Below are positions 56,358 through 64,000 of a stretch of 64,000 nt of DNA, piece after piece. The notes under the pieces are model-generated. The model worked only from the letters and a program-made list of their open reading frames with translations, did not search any database and was not told the DNA's origin. The DNA is from Chlorokybus atmophyticus (Eukaryota; Plantae; Mesostigma and Chlorokybus algae). The stretch is from positions 194,145 to 258,144 of the forward strand of contig RHPI01003587.1 of NCBI GenBank assembly GCA_009103225.1. Direction: 5' to 3'. The stretch's first letter is position 1. Every line of letters starts with the position of its first letter. The position numbers were made by a program, and so were the translations under genes.

Positions 56358-59300
56358 CTCCTACTGACCGCAAGTGGTTGTTGCGTGCAGATCCTGAGGG
56401 AGTCAAGCTGTACTGGAATGTGAACAAAGCAGGAACCATGCCAAGATACATGTGTGCGCGAGGCACATCTCCACTGGAAGGGTTTTATAGGTTATTACGA
56501 AGCATTCTGCATGGCTCAAACACCACCGCGGAGTTGGCGGAGCTCATAGTTACCGACTACATCAACCGCCACAATACCCGCAGCGGCATACGCAATAAAG
56601 GTGATGTCGATTACGGCACCTTTGACCATTGGCTTATTCAGGTACTACACTGATATGTGTATCAAGGGCTATGTGTCAGGTTGTGCAGTTAGTATACGCT
56701 GATATGCGTGAACTCGTGCAGAAAATTCATACGCTTTACAGCAAGCATAGCTGGCCAAATCCATTTCCAAAATGGGAGGTGGTGTTAATGTCCTCCACGC
56801 AACATGAGAAGTTGGGCATGGATCATCTACCACCCTCAATGCAGAGCTTTACTGAGGTGGATGCCGCAGTATTTGCAGATGGAAATGTGGAAGGCGAAGA
56901 GTGGATAGAGGACATCATCGCCGACGCAGAGGTGTTTGATTTTGCAACATTTGCAACACGTGTTGGTTATTATGTTTTGTGCCATTGCTCACACTACTTG
57001 CGCAGACGCAGTCCTCTGCAGCACACAACCCCTCACCGCCCGACAACATCAACACCAAGCAACCACAACACGCGCACACACGCTCACAGCATAACAGTGA
57101 CACCACCGCCATGACCGAGGTAAATAATAGTAGCATGTCAATACATGCATGCGGTGATGTTGAGTGTAAACACTACAGACACACATTGTTGTAGGCACCA
57201 GCCACAACGCTAGTGAATCTTGATCACTCCCCTTCAAGCAACGCCAACACAACCCAGCCGCAACGTTCGTCTTCTCAGCATGACAGCAACACCACGGCAC
57301 AAGTATGTAATGTGCGAGCGTGCGTGCGTAACAGTGTGCATGCGCGTGAGCGTGCGCGTGTGGGTTACATGTGCTGACATCTGCATATTGAAGAGGTTGT
57401 TGACGATGAGTTGTACCATCACTTCACCCTTTTCGAGCAAGAACATAGCGCGACACAACAGGTGAGTTATTCAGTGCCAGTTGAAAAAGGTGTTGTGTGG
57501 TAATATCAATTAATCTGCAGGGTGTCAGGCAAGGACAAAACCCATCATACGATGCCGATATGCTGGCTGAAGGCACACGAAGAATTAGCATATCACCACG
57601 TCCTCCACGGCCAGCATGGAGATTAAGCCCGCGCATTACATCTCAGCCCACCAGCAACGTCAATGCACGCAATGAAGGTGTGTGAAGTTTCCGACCTTCA
57701 CCCTAAGTTGTCATTGCAGTCATAGCCAATCCAGCATACGCATACGCTTATTGCATGTACTTGCTTATTGTGGGCGCATACACAAATCATGTGCTCCAAT
57801 AGTTTATGGTTGTTACTGTTTGTGTGCCATTCATACTAATTTATAATGACTCTCCCTAGGCACTCAACCTGAAACATCAAGGAATGCGGCGCGCGGAGCA
57901 CAACGCGACCTGAAGGTGCGCGCGAGTGTGTTGCGCAAAAAAAAACCCATCAACTTTGCACGCCACATTGCAAACGCCGAAGAACGGCGAATATGGTTCA
58001 AACTGCATCAGGCTTTCACAAGTGACAATGGCAAAACCGATTGGGACGCTATGTGTCGGGAGTGGAATTTGCAATTGAGTGAACATGTAGCTCAGAGAAA
58101 CGGCACCCCAATCCACTGGAAGTGCAAGCATCACCTGCAAGCGTTTGAACGTCAGCTAGTCAAGGAGATGGTGGAGAACGAGCATGTAACCATGCGCAAT
58201 GCTATGCAGGGGTTCTTTTCAACCGCTGCCAGCGTCACTCCTCCTTTGACGGCAACTGCACCGCGCGTTCCAGCACCAAGCCGAGCATCCACAAGCTCAG
58301 CGCCAGCCGGCAGGCCGCCACCCACAAGCGAGGTGGGACAAGTAAAGGTGGGCCTTTTCGCAACACTCATCAGGGAACGGGGATTGGGGGCAAGACGATC
58401 CCTCGCACATGTCGAACATGTTACCATTATCAACGCGATCCTGCAAAGATACGTGTTGTGCGCAAGGATTTTGCGCACCGACGGGAGTGCCCCTTCAAGG
58501 ACGTCACCAACACATGGGAACTGCAGCCCGTGCCAGTACTGGCACAAACCGTTTGTGCCAGTACTGGCAACTGCTTTTCGGGGCTAGACCCGAAAAGCCC
58601 CGAAACTGGTACAAAACGGCTTGTGCCAGCAATGGATGCTAACTCACCTACTGGTAAGTGGCACAAGCCGTCCATAACCAGCACTGAAATGACTTAATAG
58701 TTAACAATACTAGCACAAAGCCCTTACGGCCGACACTGGCATCAAGGCTTTCCATGCCTGCTCTGGCAAGAACAGTTTAAGACCAGAACTGGCACAACAG
58801 TCTTGTAGCCGGTGCTGGAATTTGAAGATTATGTCCATTACTGCAGCAGACAACTTGCTGCCAGTGCCGTTTCTGATGCTTTCATGCCAGCACTGGCAAA
58901 GAACCCATTGTGCCAAGGCTAGATCCTTGAATTTCCTGCCATTACTGGCACAAATAGTTTTAGAACCAGTAATGACAAAAAAAGCGTTGTGCCATTCACG
59001 GAGGCCTATCAGCAGAGAAAATGTGATACTGGCACAATGTATTCAACAAAAGTCATGCACTGGTCTAATCAAACCAGTGCCATACAGCACAGCTATAGCT
59101 TTCCTATCAAAAGCCCTACGAAGTAGCTACAAAAAGCCCATGAAGAAAGTCTTCTGGTCTTCAGCTGTCCAGTCCCCGCAGCCAGCAGGCCCGCTTGGCC
59201 CAGCCCGCTAGCCCAGGTATTAGCCCGCTAGCCCGCTAGACCCTGCAAGTCTCAACCCTGACCGTGCGGAAAACCCTTCCAGTAGACCCTGCAAAGGCCC

Positions 59301-59538
59301 TGCCTTAAAGCCTCCTAACCCCAAACAGACCCTGGAAAGTCTCCACCTTAAACCCTTCAAGCCCCAACCCAGACCCTGCCAAGACGCAAACCCTCTGGAC
59401 CCATACCCAGTAGCTATAGTGTTCTCCAGTCCAGCTACTCCCATTCACCCTGCAACACCGCAAAAGCCCCTTATGTCTTTGATGAGTGAAATGCGTATTG
59501 CACACTCAAGCAATGTTTGTTTCCAAACGAGCCTACCT

Positions 59539-61007
59539 TCAAGCTCTTGACAACGATGCTCGATGCCTCTTTCTCGGAGACTGCCAGATCATGCTATGCG
59601 GCGCCTCCATGGAATGCTCCACCACCAGCCACTTGCGCGATGTCGCAAACTTTACCAATATGAGAGCAATCTGCTGGTTGGTGAACTTGGCAAGGCAGTG
59701 CTCCTCCCTTGGCAAGGTTGTGATCTGGTTGCCATACACACTCCTCCAGGCCCTGTAGACCTCAAGCATTTTTTCTCTCGTAGGTGTGTCACCGTCTCTA
59801 TCTCCACAGCACATTCCAGCCCAATTCAACAACAAAGGATTCTCGGACCAATCCTGCAAGCAGACTTGTGTTTAAACCCAGCACAACGCAACAATACACA
59901 GAAGGCTAATCAAGCGCAGCAAGACCCAGCAAAACCAGTCAAGCCTAGCCAATCTTGCAGGTAAACTTTTGTTAAACCCAGCACAACCCAGCAACAACAA
60001 CACCGAGAAGACCAGTCAAGCGCAGCAAGACCCAATATAAACCAGTTAAGCCTAGTCAAACTCAGCAAGACACAGGTAGAAAATTTAGCCCAGAGTTTAC
60101 CTTGTCCCGAGTCTGCGCTTGCGGCCGTCGCGTATCCTGAAGCTGAGATTGGAAGCACATCGACCCTGTCCCCGCACCTTCGCCTTCATGACAGCTGTTG
60201 CATTGGCAAGGCCATGTCTCTGCAACCAGAGATGCTGGCCAAGCTATCGTACGACCCTGCGCAAGCACCACCAGTCACTCACATCTTGCACGCTGTTTAA
60301 ACTTGCCTCATACATCATCAGACAGGCTAAGTGCTGCACAGACTCACCTCAATGGTGCACCAGCGATTCCTCGTTTACAACCTTGCCGGCATACCCATCC
60401 GTCTTACGTACCGGCATAAACAGCTGTCCGTATTCATTCTCCCCTACACATACTTCGAACCACTCTGTGATCTTGACTTTATAGCTCCGCCATGGAACTT
60501 CCTCGTCAAAGATCTCCAGCACATCGCCCCTCCCCACCGGGTACATGTACGGCTGGTCTTGATCTTCGTAGCGCCCATTAATCCTGCATATAATCAATTG
60601 CATCACCAAGTGCAAACGAACACAAGCATTAATACTTGCACACATTTAAGTCAGTAGGTGACCCAAGACATAGACCTGCTGACCTAAACTTACAAATGTT
60701 TGCGCCAATGATCTGTCAGCATGTCTTCGGTGGGTGGTTGTGGTGTTACCAAGGCCAGTAATACAGCGTTGACGCCAGCTTCGCAGTCCACCAAGGTGAA
60801 CTCAGGTCCTAGACCGGTGATGGTGCTGGACATGCGTCGGGTGTTACGGTGACCACCGTTTTCAGCTGTTGCCTGCGCACGCTTCTCCTGCTGTTCTTTT
60901 TTGCGGTCTTCTTGGGTCTTTCCCTTTCCTCGAGTCCCTCTCCGCACCGTATTAGACAACTCGGTGATCTGTTCCTTTATGTATTCTGTCAAAGCACAGA
61001 ACTTCAA
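59539..61007 (-). pseudogene. Homolog of the CACTA-A3 accessory gene
   Basis: PWRSYKVKITEW..MPVRKTDGYAG and TPTREKMLEVY...ILVKFATSRKWLV align by eye with the 22690-22430 and 21876-21410 exons. Confidence 0.7.
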
Positions 61008-61173
61008 CTCACAAGATCAGCTTACAGCTCAGCAAGAGGCCAGCGACACCAGCAACTTCAACAAGACACGCTCAGCACACCAGACCCAGCAGACTCAGCA
61101 AATCCGGCAATCCCAATAGACTCAGCAATTCCAGCAGACCCAGCATACCATCAGCTAGACCAACAATTACAAG

Positions 61174-62400
61174 TCACATGGAGAAGCTTTTAACTGGAGA
61201 GTTAAAGCAAAAAGACTCAAGCACAAGACTGACATAAAAGCTCTTACTTGTTGGCCATGTTAGGCAGTGGCCGTTGATCTGCAGTGGTGTGTGTTTGTCG
61301 AGGACCTCGGCAATCACCGCGTCGCGACGCTGCATGTCTTCCTCCTGTCGCAAGCGGAAATCTACCATCAACAACTTTGGGTTGTCAGGGAAGTGCTCTG
61401 CTATCTTCCTTTTCAGCAGCTTNACTTGAACAGACAGGCCAGCAACTTGTTAATGCAGTCTTTCGACATACCGCCCTCGTCGGCAATGGTCATGATGTCT
61501 AGGTACTTGTCCATGTAAGACTTCTCGGGTTCTGGGTGCTCGGTAAGTGGGTCACTCTCTGCTGGTGCTACAGCAGGTGACACAACTTTGGGAATGGCCC
61601 GGAACTGCTGAAGCACGCGGTCTTTGTGCAAGTGAATTTGGATTACTGAGTTCCTCTGCAGCACCTGTGACAGAAAAGCTTAGGATCTAGCCAAACACGC
61701 TGCCAACGAAAGCCCTAAACCATCAAAACCACCAAAAGACAAGACTGCCATGGTCGAAAAGATCTGTAAGTCACCTCATTGTTGCACTTGGAGCACGGAC
61801 AGGATCTGAGAGATGTAGACAGCTGTGGGTCTGCAACCGGGTCTTCATTGGGCTGGACCAATGGTTCTAACGTTGCTTGCAGATGTGTAGGCAACTCCTT
61901 TGGTTCAGGTGAGGGTTGTGGAGGTTGGTCACATGGCAGCTCAGGAGTGTCACGAATGCCGTTCAGTGAACTGGCAAGAAGAGAATCTCCCAGCGGGTCT
62001 TGCGTGTGGATTGGATGTTCTGGTGTCTTAAGGTTGTGGTGATGCTGGTCATGTAAGAGGTCTTGCGAGGCTGGTAGAAGTTGCGGATTGTCTTGGTTTT
62101 CTTGCTGGTGGTTTGGCCGCGGCTGCTCTTCCGCAATGTTTGGAATGGACTGCAATGAGTTTTGGTGCTGACTTGCATTCAAGATAGTCTGCTGACTGTC
62201 ACCCGGCTGGAATGCAGACTGTCTTTGCTGCTGTTTGAACTTTGCTTACGTACGTCTGGATGCTTTATGGACCGGCACTTGGAGTAAAGCAACTGCCTCA
62301 TTGAATGCATTGCGGCGGCCGATAGCGTCCAGCTGTGCAATGCGACTAGCCATGGATCTAGGAGAAACGAAAGAGCATGTTAGCTTGATACTGTCAACAG
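61174..62400 (-). pseudogene. 5' remnant of a CACTA transposase
   Basis: MDKYLDIMTIADEGGMSKDCINKLLACLF resembles LNKFMSLLTDLEDSHAQQSLINNVLKTVF of the A3 transposase; no catalytic core remains. Confidence 0.5.
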
Positions 62401-63808
62401 GCAGCCATAGCAGCTGAAAGACCTGGCTGGCTTGGACTAGCTAGGCATTTGACAAGGAGCTAATTCAAGACTGTAGTTACTAACGGACAGGTGGTTGGAG
62501 GAAACTTGCACAGGCGCAACAATGCATGGCTAAGGGAAAGAATTCCACCCAGAGCTAAAATACAACCACAAAACTGGATCAAAACGGACTTCATCAGAGT
62601 TTGCATAGACGTACCTGGAAAGCTGGAGCAGGCTTGCTGCGGGTGTTTTAGCCGGCCAGCCCGCTGCTTCAACCAAAAGACCAGGTCTTAGACCGGCTTA
62701 ACCCTGGTGAGCAACCCCTGAGCATGCAACAGCGGCTTATCAGCTTGGAAAGCTTGGGATGCTGGATGACAGCTGGGGCATTGGTTGCATAGCTTTCAAT
62801 ACACGCTTTTGCAGTGGTTTTGGGGCATTCTAAGCTTACGTTGACCAAACAAGCAGTTCAGCCGTCTGCAACCTTACAAGTTCTAACACCGGGTCTGCAG
62901 CCTCGGTGCTAGAACGGTAGGTTGTGAAGCATTGGCAGCTGTTTGGCAGCTGTAACAGTGTTTCTCCAGCTCCAGAACCGTTCCACCCAAAGACCTTGAG
63001 GTCCTGCAAGCTTCCGCCAATGGGTTTGCTGGTTGCAGCAGTAGCCGCAGCCGCCTCCTGGTCTAGCCTGGTCTGGCCTGGTCTAGCCTGCGGGTCTAGC
63101 CTGCGGGAGCTTCCTGAGTTCCGAATTGCAGTGCTCTCGAGTTTGTAAGCCAGTAATGGCATGTATAACTATCTAACGTTGCTGGTTCTGAGTCTTTTGG
63201 GTTTTGGAGGTTTACGAGCATGTCTTTCCAGTATAGGAACGCATGTAGCTTGTGCCATTGCTGGGAAACTTAGGTTGCAACCGTTGCTGGTCTTAAACCA
63301 GGTTTACCAACATTGGCAAGCACGGTCTATGACCGGCAACTATGTCAGAGGGCTTAAGCCAGTACTGAGTCTTTTGGGACTTGAAGGTTTGTGAGCAGGT
63401 CTTTCCAGTACATGCAAGCATGTAGGTTGTGCCAGTGCTGGAAAACGCGGTCTGCAAGCGGTGCTGGTCTTTGACAAGTTGTATCAATGCTGGCATACAC
63501 GGTTTAAGACCAGCCCTGGGGTTAAAATGGTTTAAGCCAGTGCTGAGTGAAATGGTTGTGCCAATGCTGGCTTTGTTAGCCATTCACGATCAGTACTGGC
63601 ACCAACTTTGTGCCAGTGAAGACGTCTGTGCCATTGCCGGCACAGTACTTGTGCCATTACAGGTCTATAATTCATAAACCAGTAATGGCATAGTTTATGC
63701 CAGTACTGGCATGGGTCTTATACAGGTTGCCAGTACTAGCACGGGGTTTTTGTGCCAGTACTGGCACGGGTTTGTGCCAGTACTGGCACGGGCTGCAGGA
63801 CCCATGTG

Positions 63809-63896
63809 CAAGTACCCGTGGCCTCCACTGATGAGCGATCTCTGCGGACCGGACTGCAAAACCAAATGCCGAGTAGTAGGAGATTTGCGAGTTTGA
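63809..63896 (+). pseudogene. Last codons of the Zisupton transposase (Cys-rich tail)
   Basis: KYPWPPLMSDLCGPDCKTKCRVVGDLRV* continues the frame from 58510 once family B is removed. Confidence 0.75.
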
Positions 63897-64000
63897 AGTC
63901 GCCTCAGTGCTAGATTCTTCAATACATCTACCATAGTTCTTATTGTGCCCCGCTCATCTTTATTACTCAATACCACCCTCACGCCATCATACTCCCCCTC

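Larger units (their letters stand above)
52957..58510 (+). pseudogene. Zisupton-type transposase (DUF6729-like N-terminus), multi-exon, with premature stops
   Basis: CPSC..GW..RKVTGL..LRCKKC, DDRILEQLPSFVRDEFKILLTPRVG, ILAVDHS..NETKQV, VVYCDN, LEDPWHFMDR, LSRAIF, DPEGVKLY..YMCARGTSPLEGF. These match Zisupton motifs (LDIWHFMRR, YRCARGSTSLESFH). Confidence 0.85.
58511..63808 (-). mobile_element. CACTA-like element, family B (internal-deletion derivative)
   Basis: TIRs CACATGGG..CTGCAGCCCGTGCCAGTACTGGCACAAACC at both ends, TSD CAA/CAA. Removing it restores the Zisupton frame DVT-K-YPWPP. Confidence 0.92.
52425..64000 (+). mobile_element. Zisupton-like (KDZ class) DNA transposon; right end at or beyond the window edge
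   Basis: Begins where CACTA-A4 homology ends and encodes a Zisupton-type transposase. Its boundaries are inferred, not confirmed by a TSD. Confidence 0.65.

Noticed and set aside
59539-61007. Accessory gene as cargo of the Zisupton element
   Set aside because: The TIRs and CAA TSD show that it belongs to the nested CACTA family B element.

Overview
Eukaryotic, intron-containing DNA. The host is probably a green alga (inference from the kangaroo/TOC-like DIRS element and CTAAC-type branch points). The window is almost entirely a multi-layer nest of transposable elements, and I see no ordinary housekeeping gene. Layers reconstructed from TIRs, TSDs and reading frames restored at the empty sites: (1) a decayed Fot1/pogo-like DDE transposase (minus strand, ~4560-16846) split by two non-autonomous CACTA/EnSpm-like elements (5283-7600, TSD CAA; 8138-16759, TSD TAT); (2) a young split-direct-repeat DIRS/PAT-like retrotransposon (10082-16600) inside the second, with an inverted tyrosine recombinase and an apparently spliced gag-pol; (3) a decayed gene ending in a CENH3-like histone H3 fold (17951-18724), interrupted upstream by (4) a 21.8 kb CACTA-like element (20374-42141, TSD ATG). 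That element carries a transposase pseudogene, an unknown accessory gene, a SET + coiled-coil + KEN/HEPN-like RNase gene and a nested chromoviral Ty3/gypsy (30834-37005); (5) a fourth copy of the CACTA family (from 47922) holding an apparently intact Tigger/pogo element (48130-51273) and cut by (6) a Zisupton-like transposon (from ~52425), itself interrupted by (7) a second CACTA-like family (58511-63808, TSD CAA) with a homolog of the same accessory gene. The best candidates for undescribed biology are the transposon-borne SET-coiled-coil-KEN/HEPN protein, the CENH3-like histone-fold fusion, the conserved accessory gene with family-specific repeated DNA motifs, and the intron-bearing DIRS gag-pol. 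All domain calls are by-eye motif recognition, not database searches.
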